A stretch of 64,000 bases of DNA from an uncultured Pseudomonadota bacterium (GCA_963847705.1 CAWKBC010000027.1:512001-576000), one strand, 5' to 3'; positions 1-9,563 are shown, counted from the first letter of the stretch. Notes: generated by a model not told the origin, from the sequence alone. Program-made: numbers and translations.

Positions 1-443
1 GGGCGCCCAGCCGCGGCCGCCGCCGCTGGCGAGGTGGGTGCCGCCCCCGACGCCGACACCGACATGGGGTCGAGCGTGAGCGCGATGATGAGCGCGATGG
101 CGTCGGTCGCTTCGGCGCACGATGCGGCCGACAGGCGACGCGACGAGATCCTGCCGTCGGGCTGGACAATCACCAGCTCGCCCACGGCGCCGTGGGGCCC
201 GTGCGCGATCACCGCCCGGACGGTCGGACCGGTGGCCTGTTCGTCGTCGAAGTGGATGCGATGCGAGCGGGCGGTGACGCGCCCTGCGAGCTCTTCGCGG
301 GTGGTGCAATCGGGGAGGGCCTGGACCTCCAACCGCGCGGACGTGCTGGCAAGCTCGGCCGGAGCGGCCGCGGCGCCGATCACCGGGAGCAGCAGGGCCC
401 CGAGCAGCGCACCCAGGAGAGAGCTGACGCGTGCGGTGCGCAC
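1..443 (-). CDS. Hypothetical exported protein, myxobacterial type (partial, runs off window start)
   Basis: Not in the ORF track. Manual translation: (M/V)RTARVSSLLGALLGALLLPVIGAAAAPAELASTSARLEVQALPDCTTREELAGRV...RRLSAASCAEATDAIALIIALTLDP..., open to position 1 with GC3-rich codons and a signal-like N-terminus. An in-frame ATG exists at 461, but GTG at 443 fits the -10 element better. Confidence 0.7.
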   Translation of the reverse strand, partial: MRTARVSSLLGALLGALLLPVIGAAAAPAELASTSARLEVQALPDCTTREELAGRVTARSHRIHFDDEQATGPTVRAVIAHGPHGAVGELVIVQPDGRISSRRLSAASCAEATDAIALIIALTLDPMSVSASGAAPTSPAAAAAAGR

Positions 444-451
444 CCGCCGCG

Positions 452-461
452 ATGTTAGCAT
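452..461. promoter_or_regulatory. Symmetric bidirectional extended -10 element
   Basis: ATGTTAGCAT reads TG-t-TAGCAT on + (6 nt before ATG 468) and TG-c-TAACAT on - (8 nt before GTG 443). Confidence 0.5.
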
Positions 462-467
462 CGGGGC

Positions 468-1424
468 ATGCGGCCGGTCGCTCTGATCGCGCTGGCGCTC
501 TGCACGCCGGCTTGCTCGACCGGGAAGATCGTCAGCCTGGGAGACATGAACCCCGTGCCGTACCACTTCGACGCGCCGGTGATGGTGGCGGAGCTGGCCT
601 CTCCGTCGCGCACCGACAACCCGACGCTGACCGGCGATCTGCTGGAGATCTACTTCACGACCGACCGGGTGAGCGGCAACGGCGACGTCTGGTTCGCGAC
701 GCGGGCGACGGCGACCGCGCCGTTCGGGACGCCGGCGCCGGTGACCGCCGTCAACGGGGACTCGTTCGAGACCAGCTCGGCGATCTCCGCTGACGGGCTG
801 ACGTTGTGGTTCGGGTCGGATCGCGCCGGGGGCGTCGGCGCCAACGACATCTGGGTCTCACAGCGGGCGACGCGGGCGTCGGCCTGGTCGACGCCGGTGA
901 ACGTGGTGGCGCTGAACTCGACGGCCGACGACATCCCTCGACCGCCCGGCCAGCACGGGCTGGTGATGCCGATGTCGTCGACGAAGACGACCAGCGCCAA
1001 CCCCAGCTCCACCAACTACCAGCTCTACCTGGCGACGCGCCCGACGCCAGGCGCCCCGTTTGGGGCGCCGGTGGCGGTCCTGGAGCTCGACCACACCGAC
1101 AGCAGCACGGTCGACGGCTTCCTGAGCGACGACGGTCTGACGATGTTTTTCTCGTCGGCGCCGGTGGCGGAACGGGCCGACGCGGCGGTCTCCGCGGCCG
1201 ACGCCGGCAAGACGACCGACGCCGGCGTCGCCAACTCGGATCTCTTCGTCGCCTGGCGCCTGTCGACGAACGCATCGTTCTCGGCCGTCCAGCCGCTCGT
1301 CGATCTCAACACCGCGGCCGACGAGCGCGATCCCTGGCTCACCCCCGACGGCACGACGCTCTACTTCACCTCCGACCGGGGCGGCGTGCTCAACATCTAC
1401 ACTGCGGCGGTCAAGCCGCGCTGA
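468..1424 (+). CDS. Lipoprotein with PD40/TolB-like beta-propeller repeats
   Basis: Signal ending in ACS. Repeated PD40-like motifs: DNPTLTGDLLEIYFTTDR, SSAISADGLTLWFGSDR, DPWLTPDGTTLYFTSDR. Confidence 0.8.
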   Translation: MRPVALIALALCTPACSTGKIVSLGDMNPVPYHFDAPVMVAELASPSRTDNPTLTGDLLEIYFTTDRVSGNGDVWFATRATATAPFGTPAPVTAVNGDSFETSSAISADGLTLWFGSDRAGGVGANDIWVSQRATRASAWSTPVNVVALNSTADDIPRPPGQHGLVMPMSSTKTTSANPSSTNYQLYLATRPTPGAPFGAPVAVLELDHTDSSTVDGFLSDDGLTMFFSSAPVAERADAAVSAADAGKTTDAGVANSDLFVAWRLSTNASFSAVQPLVDLNTAADERDPWLTPDGTTLYFTSDRGGVLNIYTAAVKPR

Positions 1425-1430
1425 GGGCGC

Positions 1431-3215
1431 TCAGGTTCCGGGCGGCTGCCAGCCACCGAGGACCGTGGACGGCGAGCTCAACGTCGCGGCTTCCGAGGCG
1501 GAGATCTGCATCGAGCCGGCGTAACGCTTGCTCACGTCGACGGCGGTCCCCGAGGGGGTGACGCTCTGGTACTCCCAGAAGCGCAGCTGCGAGGCGTCGC
1601 TGCCGGCGGTGATGGTCCAGCCGACGGGGGCGATGTTGCTCGTCATCTGGCAGTTGACGTAAGCGACCATGCTGCCCGGGTACGCCGTCAGATCGATGCG
1701 CGCCAGCGCGATGCCGGTCGACACCGAGTCCGAGGTGAGCTTGCAGTCGACGAAGACGTAGCCGTAGGCCCCCGCCGCGTTGCGGGCCTGCACGATCACG
1801 CCGCCCGACCGGTTGATGGTGCGGATCTCGCAACTGTCGAAGTAGACGACGCCGCCCCCCCAGACGTAGTCGACGTTCCCCTCGATGAGGTCGTTCTTGG
1901 CGTAGATGCGGCCGTCCCACAGCAGCGTGTCCTGGTAGCTGATGACCGTCGCGTTGGTGACCACGCACTTGTCGCAGGTCTCGAGCCGGAGCGCCTCGGC
2001 CTGCGACCCCCCCTGTGGCGTCTGGTTGTAGACGGTGAGGTTGTTGATGACCAGGCCGTTGGTGCCGTCGGCGCCGAACAACGCGCGCCCCTTGGTGCTG
2101 GGGTTGAGATTGTTGTTGTTGGTCCCCTCGATGATCGTGCCGGTCTCGCTGGCCCCCTGGATGCTGACGTTGCTCTTCGACTTGAAGTAGACGATCTCGT
2201 GGTAGGTGCCGCTGGCCATGGAGACGGTGACGGCGGCCGTGTTGTTGGCCGGGATGAAGTCGAGCGCGCCTTGCAGCGAGCAGAACGGCGCCGAGCCGTC
2301 CAGCGCCACCCCGACCGCGGCCTTGTTGGTCGGCGCGGCGGAGGCGGTGGTGAACCGCCAGGCCGTCGAGCCGGTGACCACGAACGCGGCTCCCGACGAG
2401 CTCTTGATCGCGCCCGAGGCGACGTTGACGTAGTAGGTCTGGTTGTAGGTGAGCGGCTTCGACGGCAGGTAGACGACCACCGTGTCGCCGTCGACGTAGA
2501 CCGGCCGCTGGGAGGTGAACGTCATGCCGCCGTTGGTGGTGCTGAAGGTGCTGGCGCCGACGTCGACGGACGCCACCGCGGTCCCGCTGGAATTGAAGAC
2601 CTGGATGAGACCGGATGAGCCGATGGTGGGCGCCGCCGAGAAGGTGATGCGGAGCTGTGGATCGGGACAGACGTTGGTGCCGTTCACCGGCGGATAGACC
2701 GAGCTGGCGTTGCCGGGCGCGTTCCCGGTGCCGGTCGTGCCGCCCGTGCCCGTGGTCCCACCCGTCGCTGCGCCGCCGGTGCCGGTCGTTCCACCGGTCG
2801 CCGCTGTGCCACCGGTGCCGGTTGTGCCGCCGGTTCCGGCCTTGCCCGCCGCGCCGCCGGTTCCCGTCGTGCCGCCGGTTTCGGTCGTGCCGCCGGTCGC
2901 GCCCGACGTGCCGCCTTTGGCGCCAGCGCCCGCGGTCCCTGTCGCGCCACCCGTTCCCGCCCTGCCGCCACCACCGCCCGCGCCGGGCGAGCCGGCGGTG
3001 CCGCCGCCGCCGGTTCCCACGGCGCCGCCGCTCCCGTTGCCGCCCGTGGCGCTGACACCACCGCTGCCATTGCCGCCCCCCTCTCCTCGAGCGCTCCCGC
3101 CGGTGGCGTTGTCACCCCCGCTGCCCGAGCCGGCGTCGTTCGCCGTCTCGCTGTTGGCGCAGGCCGCGAGCACGATGGTGATGCAGGTGATGAGCGCGAG
3201 TCGGAGGTTCTTCAT
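1431..3215 (-). CDS. Pectinesterase (CE8) lipoprotein with Gly/Thr linker and Ig-like domain
   Basis: Start MKNLRLALITCITIVLAAC (lipobox), long TGG linker, Big_5-like segment, then CE8 motifs GTYHE, QAEAL, YQDTL, VDYVWG. The ORF-track start at 3527 is too far upstream. Confidence 0.85.
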   Translation of the reverse strand: MKNLRLALITCITIVLAACANSETANDAGSGSGGDNATGGSARGEGGGNGSGGVSATGGNGSGGAVGTGGGGTAGSPGAGGGGGRAGTGGATGTAGAGAKGGTSGATGGTTETGGTTGTGGAAGKAGTGGTTGTGGTAATGGTTGTGGAATGGTTGTGGTTGTGNAPGNASSVYPPVNGTNVCPDPQLRITFSAAPTIGSSGLIQVFNSSGTAVASVDVGASTFSTTNGGMTFTSQRPVYVDGDTVVVYLPSKPLTYNQTYYVNVASGAIKSSSGAAFVVTGSTAWRFTTASAAPTNKAAVGVALDGSAPFCSLQGALDFIPANNTAAVTVSMASGTYHEIVYFKSKSNVSIQGASETGTIIEGTNNNNLNPSTKGRALFGADGTNGLVINNLTVYNQTPQGGSQAEALRLETCDKCVVTNATVISYQDTLLWDGRIYAKNDLIEGNVDYVWGGGVVYFDSCEIRTINRSGGVIVQARNAAGAYGYVFVDCKLTSDSVSTGIALARIDLTAYPGSMVAYVNCQMTSNIAPVGWTITAGSDASQLRFWEYQSVTPSGTAVDVSKRYAGSMQISASEAATLSSPSTVLGGWQPPGT

Positions 3216-3508
3216 TGGGGTCCTGCTCCTGCCTGGACGGCCGGCTGAATGCCCACTCTGCCGCCGGTGCCAGGGGCGCCGCCTGTTCCAACGGTGCCAC
3301 CGGTGTGGATGGCCCCACCGGTCCCGGGAGTCCCTCCGGTCTCGAGCGTCCCGCCGGTGCCTGTCGCGCCACCTTTGCCGTCCGTGTTGGTCGCCCCGCC
3401 GGTTCCCGTCGCGCCACCGCTCCCTCCCGCGTCCACCTCCACCTCGGAGCTCTGACAGGCACAGGCAAGCAGGAAGGCGAGCAAGCTCGCGCGGATGGGG
3501 TGACGCAC
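3212..3508 (-). CDS. Small lipoprotein made only of a signal peptide and a Gly/Thr linker
   Basis: MRHPIRASLLAFLLACAC followed by TGG repeats. RBS-like GGAGG upstream; ATGA overlap with the CE8 start. Confidence 0.6.
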   Translation of the reverse strand: MRHPIRASLLAFLLACACQSSEVEVDAGGSGGATGTGGATNTDGKGGATGTGGTLETGGTPGTGGAIHTGGTVGTGGAPGTGGRVGIQPAVQAGAGPQ

Positions 3509-3573
3509 GGGGGGGACCTCCGGTCATGGCGCGGAATGGCGCCCGCCCCTCAATGCCGTCCGAGGCGTGTCTC

Positions 3574-3771
3574 GATCACGAAATCGGGCCCTGCGTGGCT
3601 CACATCAACGTGGCGCCGCACCTCGGTCGGTGCCCCCGTGTTGACGGGCGTCACACGATGCGACGCCAGGTGAGCCGTCCGGGGCTCAAGCCAACACTTC
3701 CGTCGAGACTTGTTCTCGAAGAGGTGCATCCCCGCGCCACGCGAAACCGACCGGGTGTCGATTTCGTGATC
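3574..3771. promoter_or_regulatory. 13-bp motif CGATTTCGTGATC in inverted copies in the divergent CE8/GH28 intergenic region
   Basis: gatcacgaaatcg at 3574-3586 is the exact reverse complement of cgatttcgtgatc at 3759-3771. Confidence 0.5.
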
Positions 3772-3849
3772 TGCCGGGACAGGTCGCTGCATTCACCGCC
3801 GGCGCGAGCAGTTCCCTCGCCCCGTCCCCGTCCCCCGCGGAGGCCCCCC

Positions 3850-5686
3850 ATGTTGTCCTCGCTGTCGCGCTCGTTCCCCAGTCCCCTCGTCGCCAGGCTC
3901 TGCGCTGGAGGGGGGTTCGCGCTCTTGCTGCTGGCGGGATGTGCGGAAGGCGGTGGGAGCACCACCGACAACGGGACAGGTGGGAGCGGGCCGACGGGTG
4001 AAACCGGGGGGAGCAGTGGGACCGGGGGCTCGGCCAGCGGCGGCAGCGTGGGGACCGGTGGCAACCGAGGGACTGGCGGCTCGGTGGCGACCGGTGGAGT
4101 CATCGGGACGGGGGGCACGACGGGGACGGGCGGCACCACGGCGACCGGCGGCACGACCGGCAAGGGCGGCGCCACCGGCACCGGCGGGACCACCGGGACT
4201 GGCGGTGCTTCGGCAACGGGGGGCACGACGGGGACGGGCGGCACGACGGCGACCGGCGGCACGACCGGCAAGGGCGGCGCGACTGGCACCGGCGGGACCA
4301 CCGCGACAGGTGGCACCACCGGGACTGGCGGTGCCTCGGCGACGGGCGGCACGCCGGGCACCGGCGGGACGACAACCGCGGGGACGTGCGGCGCGGGCGA
4401 CAGCAACATGCCGGCGCAGCCGACGTTGCCGTCGAGCCTCTGCGCGACGCTGTCGGCGACCAAGAACGTCGCCGCCAACGGCGTCCCCAGCGAGTCGAAC
4501 GCCGACACCTCGACGATTCAAGCGGCGCTGAGCGGCTGCGGCGCGGGCAAGGCGGTCAAGCTGGTGCAGAGCGGCTCGAACAACGCCTTTCTCACCGGGC
4601 CGATCACGGTCCCCTCGGGCGTCACCCTCTGGGTCGACACCGGGGTCACGCTGTACGGCACGCGCGATCCCAACGTCTACGGCTCGGCGGGCGCGCTCAT
4701 CGCGGTCAAGGGGGCCAACGCGGGGATCGTCGGTGGCGGCGTCATCGACGGGCAGGGGGGCGAGCCGAACGTCGGCAGCTCGTCGTCCTTCTGGGACGCG
4801 AACGGCAACGGCGGCTCGAGCCCCGCGCTGATCCAGGTGAGCAGCGCCACCAACTTCACGCTCTACCAGATCACGCTCCACAACGCGCCGATGTTCCACG
4901 TCAAGCTCTCGGCGGCCGGGTTCGTCGCCTGGGGCGTCACCATCAAGACGCCGTCGAAGTCGACCAACAGCGCGGGCACCGCGCTCACCTACACGAGCGC
5001 GCACAACACCGACGGGATCGATCCGGGCGAGTCGGCCAGCAACGGCTACATCGTCTGCAGCGAGATCAGCGACGGCGACGATCACATCGCCATCAAGGGG
5101 TCGAGCTCGTCGGGGGTCACCAACCTGACCATCGCGCACAACCATCTCGAGGCCGGCCACGGCATCTCGATTGGCAGCGAGTTCACCGGCGGCGTCTCGG
5201 GGATCAAGGTCTACGACATCGGGATCGATCAGAGCGGGACGGGCACCGGCGGCGGCAGCTCGAACGGGCTCCGGATCAAGTCCGACTCCAGCCGCGGCGG
5301 TCTGGTGAACAACGTCAGCTACAGTGACATCTGCATGCGCGGCGTGGCGAATCCGATCTTCCTGACGCCGACCTACTCGTCCTCCACCGGCAGCGACATC
5401 CCGCACTACACGAACATCACCTTCTCGAACATTCACTACCTGACGGGCGGCAGCAACTCGCCGACGGTGACGCTCGACGGGTACAGCTCCTCGTACATCA
5501 ACAGCGTCACGCTCGACAACGTCGTCTTCGACGCGACCCCCAAGGTGACGGCGTCGTACACCAACGTGACGCTGGGACCGGGCGACGGTGAGCTTCACGC
5601 CGTCGGGAACGGGGGTGACCGTCACCAACAAGGTCTCCGGCTCGTCGACGCCGAACCCCTGCACCAACAAGTTCGTGACCTTCTAG
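3850..5686 (+). CDS. Polygalacturonase (GH28) lipoprotein with Gly/Thr linker; apparent +1 frameshift near 5584
   Basis: Lipobox LLAGC; catalytic motifs HNTDG, GDD, GHG, RIKS. The C-terminus homologous to the paralog (VSFTPSG...PNPCTNKFVTF*) is in another frame and ends with TAG at 5686. The uncorrected ORF ends at 5724. Confidence 0.85.
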
Positions 5687-5690
5687 CGGC

Positions 5691-7229
5691 TCAGCCGCCG
5701 GCCGGCGAGAACGAGAACGGATAGGAGACCACGGCCAGGCCCCCGTGGTCGGGCTGCGGAAACTCCCAGCGCTTGACCGCGTTGACCAGGCAGCTGTCGA
5801 CGGCGGCGACGCCAAGCGACGAGCTTTGCACCACGGAGCTCAGCACGCGCCCGGTGGGGGCGATCGCGAACTGGACGACGATGCGCCCGGTGAGCGACGG
5901 TCGGGTGACGAGCGCCTGCTCGTAGCAGGACTTCACCTCGTTCAGGTGGCGACGGACGGTGCGGCGGATGATCTCTTTGTCGAGCGTTCCGTTCACGTGC
6001 AAGATCCCCGGAATGAAGCTCGGCACGGTGGATTGGCGCGTGTGCAGCCCGCCAACGCCGGGACCGATGCCGTAGACCGGACCGCCCTGGCCGCCGAAGC
6101 GACCGGTCGTTCCGAGCGGGCCGCCGCCGCCGATGGTCCCCTCGCGCTCGCCGCCGCCGCCGCGGCCGGTGCCTTTGACGCCCAGGCCACCCGGACCAAA
6201 GGCGGAGCCGGGATTCGAGGCGACCAGGTTTCCCACGATGTCTTGCACGTCGGCGCCCAGAGCCGGGCCGTCGGCGAAAACGTCGGCGAACGCGCTCTGC
6301 CGCGGGCCGTCGAGCACGGCCAGCAAGCTGTTGTCGTGAATCTGCGCCGCGACCGCCCGCGCATCTTGCGGGCGCGCGGTCCCTCTGATTGTCATGTGGC
6401 GGGAGGTGTCGTGCGACTTTCGATCGCCGGCCTGGCCAGGGGGCTTCGCGGCCGCCGCCGAGCCGCCTCCTCCGGCTGTTTGCGGCAGCGCGCGCGCACG
6501 GTCGATCTCGGGGGCGGTCATCTCCAGCGGGACGGTGATCAGCCGGGCCATCCGGCCCGGGGCGTCGAGCGTGTCGAGCGAGAGCGCGTGCGGATCGGAT
6601 GGAACGAGGTGCGCGAGCGCCAGCAGGAGGCCCAGCACGATCGCCACGGCCAGCGGGTACTTCACGCCGGCGCGCCAGCCTGAGGGGAGCCAGGGCCGGG
6701 GGACCGTCGCCGCCGGCTGCGCCGGTTCGAGGTCGAAGGTCACCTCGCCGCAAGGGACGTGCAGGCGGCTGCCCGGCGGTAGCATCAAGGGGGCTTCGGC
6801 GCGTCCGAGATCGGGCGCGAGCGGCAACGCCTGCCGCTCCGTCTGCAGAACGGCCCGCATTGCGGAGGTGAGGTTGAGAACGAACCCGCCCGGCGCCGGT
6901 TCGATGAACAGGTGGCGGCGCGGCGCCAGCGGATCGTTCATCTCGGGGAGCCAGGCGGGGTTCACCGGCGCGTCGGCGCCGCGCGCGTTCCCGATGGTGA
7001 AGCCTCGCGATTCGTCGCTGCGCAGCAGGCGGCTCGCCAGGGTGATGTCGCGAAAGCGGGCCGAGACGAGCAGCGCCGGCGTGGCGAGGCGGAGCGGCGC
7101 CGAGGCGACAGGCCTCGTCGTCGGGGCGTCGAGCTCGAACGGGGGGGCGCTGCCGGCGAGCGGGACGGGTGGTTGCGGCGGCAGGACGAGCGGTTGGCGT
7201 TGCGAGCGGCGTTGATCGACTGGGCGCAT
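5691..7229 (-). CDS. AgmX/PglI (GltG-like) protein with TonB C-terminal domain
   Basis: RBS AGGAGG before ATG 7229, one TM helix, Gly-rich region, and C-terminal LDKEIIRRTVRRHLNEVKSCYEQAL...GRIVVQFAI...CLVNAVKRWEFPQP...VSYPFSF. Confidence 0.8.
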   Translation of the reverse strand: MRPVDQRRSQRQPLVLPPQPPVPLAGSAPPFELDAPTTRPVASAPLRLATPALLVSARFRDITLASRLLRSDESRGFTIGNARGADAPVNPAWLPEMNDPLAPRRHLFIEPAPGGFVLNLTSAMRAVLQTERQALPLAPDLGRAEAPLMLPPGSRLHVPCGEVTFDLEPAQPAATVPRPWLPSGWRAGVKYPLAVAIVLGLLLALAHLVPSDPHALSLDTLDAPGRMARLITVPLEMTAPEIDRARALPQTAGGGGSAAAAKPPGQAGDRKSHDTSRHMTIRGTARPQDARAVAAQIHDNSLLAVLDGPRQSAFADVFADGPALGADVQDIVGNLVASNPGSAFGPGGLGVKGTGRGGGGEREGTIGGGGPLGTTGRFGGQGGPVYGIGPGVGGLHTRQSTVPSFIPGILHVNGTLDKEIIRRTVRRHLNEVKSCYEQALVTRPSLTGRIVVQFAIAPTGRVLSSVVQSSSLGVAAVDSCLVNAVKRWEFPQPDHGGLAVVSYPFSFSPAGG

Positions 7230-7330
7230 GGCGGCCTCCTGGATCGAAGGACACGCCCTGGGCGCCGCAGTTCCGTGAGAACTTTCGGCGCACGCCGTTG
7301 TCGCGCTGGCGATCGCGGCTGCGCGCGTGG

Positions 7331-7921
7331 CTACTGAAAGTTCTGCACGGCCGTGATCTGACCGTTCACGGTGGCCATGCCGCAGGCGACCATCGTGTAG
7401 CTGGTGTTGGTCATGTTGATGAAGTGGCCGTACTTCTCGAAGCAGCTTCCGTCGCAGGGATCGGTGGGCGGCGGTCCCTCGTCGAACATCTGTTGCAAAC
7501 AGCCGCTGACGACGGAGGTCTCGGACGGCCAGGCGGGACACTCGTCCTGCGCGTACCCCTCGGGCGAGCAGATCCGCGCGATGAACCCCGCGTGCGCGCT
7601 GTGCGAGGGATCGTAGGCGGCGTCCTGGTCGGCGCAGGCCTCGCCGGCCGTCCAGCGGCTGAGCGGCGGAAGACAGACGCAGGCGCGGAACTGGTTCACC
7701 CGCGCCACGCAGTCGGCGTCGTAGTCACCGGTCTCGGGGGCCGTCGGCATGCAGGTGTCATCGGGGGTGCAGCCGCCGCCTCCGCCCGAGGAGCCACCTT
7801 GCCCAGCCTGCGCGCTCCCCCCGCCGCTCCCGCTGCCGTTCAGGGGGCCAGGCAGGGCGTTGCACGCCAGCCCCGCGACCCCCAGCAGCCCCCCGCGCAG
7901 CCAAGCCCTCCACCCCTGCAC
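7331..7921 (-). CDS. Cys-rich lipoprotein with CAP/SCP-like domain
   Basis: Lipobox GLAC; VARVNQFRA..LPPL, GHFINM, VACG and AVQNF match the CAP fold pattern. Confidence 0.65.
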   Translation of the reverse strand: MQGWRAWLRGGLLGVAGLACNALPGPLNGSGSGGGSAQAGQGGSSGGGGGCTPDDTCMPTAPETGDYDADCVARVNQFRACVCLPPLSRWTAGEACADQDAAYDPSHSAHAGFIARICSPEGYAQDECPAWPSETSVVSGCLQQMFDEGPPPTDPCDGSCFEKYGHFINMTNTSYTMVACGMATVNGQITAVQNFQ

Positions 7922-8004
7922 CGATCGAGGCTAGCACGCGCTCGATCGATGAACCCCAAGGGACGCGCGGGTCCCCGGACGCTCGCGTTCTCGGCTGTCC
8001 GCGA

Positions 8005-9366
8005 CTACCCCGGGTTCCCGGATCCGTCGCAGGTGTAGTACTGCTTGTAGGTCGAGTCGGCGTTGGAGACGTTGCCCTTGTACGCGCAGGTCGGCCGGCA
8101 GCAGTCCTGCATCGTCGTCGTGGTGTAGCCGGACGAGAAGCCCTTGCTCGACGCCGAGGTCATGTCGATGGCGGTCGGATCCGCCGCCGGCAGGTTCTGG
8201 GAATTGAGCTTGCAGCCGGTGACGCGGGTCAGGTTGGCCGGGCACTCGATCCGCTTGGCCATCACGTTCCAGTTGAGGTGATAGAGGTTCTGCGTCTGGC
8301 TCGTCTCCTCGCAGGAGACCTGCGTCGCGCTCTGCACCGCCGCGTTGCTCGCGGTGATCATGTCGCAGTCGCTGGCGATGGCCGACTGGCAGGACATGGT
8401 GGCGATCGACGAAGAGCTGAGCGCGCCCCCGGTGCCGGCGCACTGGCTGACGTTCTGCGCGCGGATGCCGCCGTTGTTCGGCTGGCCGATCGTGGGGTAG
8501 GCGGTGTACTGCTTGCTGCAGCCGGCGGTGTTGGCCCCCTCGCCGCCGCTCCCCATGAAGATGTCGAAGTTCTTGCCGCCGCCCGCGCCGGTGTTGAACG
8601 CCTGGACGATCATCGGTTTCGGAGTCGCGACGCCGGTCACGGCGTCGCGCGGCGAGGTGAAGACCAGCTGGTAGCACTGGCAGCAGGCGTTGCTGCCCGA
8701 CTCGGTGTCGAGGCCGCCCGTGTCCATGTCGTGACCGACGACGCCGTAGACGAATTGCGGGTTGGTCGGCGAGGCGAAGTCGTCCGTCTCGGCGACCTTG
8801 AGCTCCGGGCTGAAGACCATGTCGCGCGTGCACATGAAGGCGGGGCCGCCGTTGCAGCCGCTCCCCACCGTGTCGCCCGTGTTCGGTCCGTTGATCTTGT
8901 AGCTCGGGCAGGCGCCGCAGGAGCCGCCGCAGTCGACGCCGGTCTCGCTGCCGTTCTGCATGTCGTCCATGCACGACGAGGGTCCCGAGCCCGCGGTCCC
9001 GCTGTTTCCGCCAGCCGCGCCGCCGGTTCCGCTGGCACCTGCCAGGCCGCCGCCAGCGCCGCTGCTACCGCCTTTGGCGCCGCCGGTGCCCGTCCCACCG
9101 GTTCCCGCTCCGCCGGTGCTCGTCCCACCGGTTCCCGTGCCGCCGGTGCTCGTCCCGCCGGTGCCGGTCCCGCCGGTGCCGCTCTTGGTCCCGCCGGTGC
9201 CGGTCCCGCCGGTTGCCGTGCTGCCGCCGGTCGCCGCGCCGCCCGTCCCGGCGCCAGTCTGTCCACCCGTGGCGCCGGTCATGCTGTCGCTGGCAGCGCA
9301 TCCATGCAGGGCCACGGTGAACAGAGCGGTGGCCGTGAAACCAACTAAGCGAATCCGATTCTTCAT
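8005..9366 (-). CDS. GH45-like endoglucanase lipoprotein (circularly permuted) with Gly/Thr linker and a DCGG Cys motif
   Basis: Lipobox LHGC, GAGG RBS. GH45 motifs CCQCYQLVFTS, MIVQAFNTG, NFDI.MGSGG.G and ECPANLTRVTGC; the DCCRPTC motif sits at the C-terminus. Confidence 0.75.
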   Translation of the reverse strand: MKNRIRLVGFTATALFTVALHGCAASDSMTGATGGQTGAGTGGAATGGSTATGGTGTGGTKSGTGGTGTGGTSTGGTGTGGTSTGGAGTGGTGTGGAKGGSSGAGGGLAGASGTGGAAGGNSGTAGSGPSSCMDDMQNGSETGVDCGGSCGACPSYKINGPNTGDTVGSGCNGGPAFMCTRDMVFSPELKVAETDDFASPTNPQFVYGVVGHDMDTGGLDTESGSNACCQCYQLVFTSPRDAVTGVATPKPMIVQAFNTGAGGGKNFDIFMGSGGEGANTAGCSKQYTAYPTIGQPNNGGIRAQNVSQCAGTGGALSSSSIATMSCQSAIASDCDMITASNAAVQSATQVSCEETSQTQNLYHLNWNVMAKRIECPANLTRVTGCKLNSQNLPAADPTAIDMTSASSKGFSSGYTTTTMQDCCRPTCAYKGNVSNADSTYKQYYTCDGSGNPG

Positions 9367-9563
9367 TAGATACACCTCAAACTGTACGAGGGGGGGGCGC
9401 CCCAGTGTAGCCCGGTCAGTGCCGTGCGGGCCAGCTCGTCATCGATTTTCCGAGCCAGGGCGGTCGCTCCACGGGGCACCTGCGGGCGTCACATTTCCGA
9501 CGGAGAGGGACCCACGGTCATGAGCCGTTTTCTGGCGACCAGAAGACCCTTGGGAGAGGTCCA

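Noticed and set aside
2710-3849. Long Pro/Val-rich N-terminal extension of the 1004-aa ORF (similarly 53693-54325, 3651-4508, 8960-9523, 35767-36270)
   Set aside because: These are antisense shadows of Gly/Thr linker codons; the real genes start at downstream lipoprotein signal peptides.
3960-4380. Dense GGC/ACC repeats resembling a repeat array
   Set aside because: In-frame coding linkers with no constant repeat plus unique spacer structure and no cas genes, so not CRISPR.
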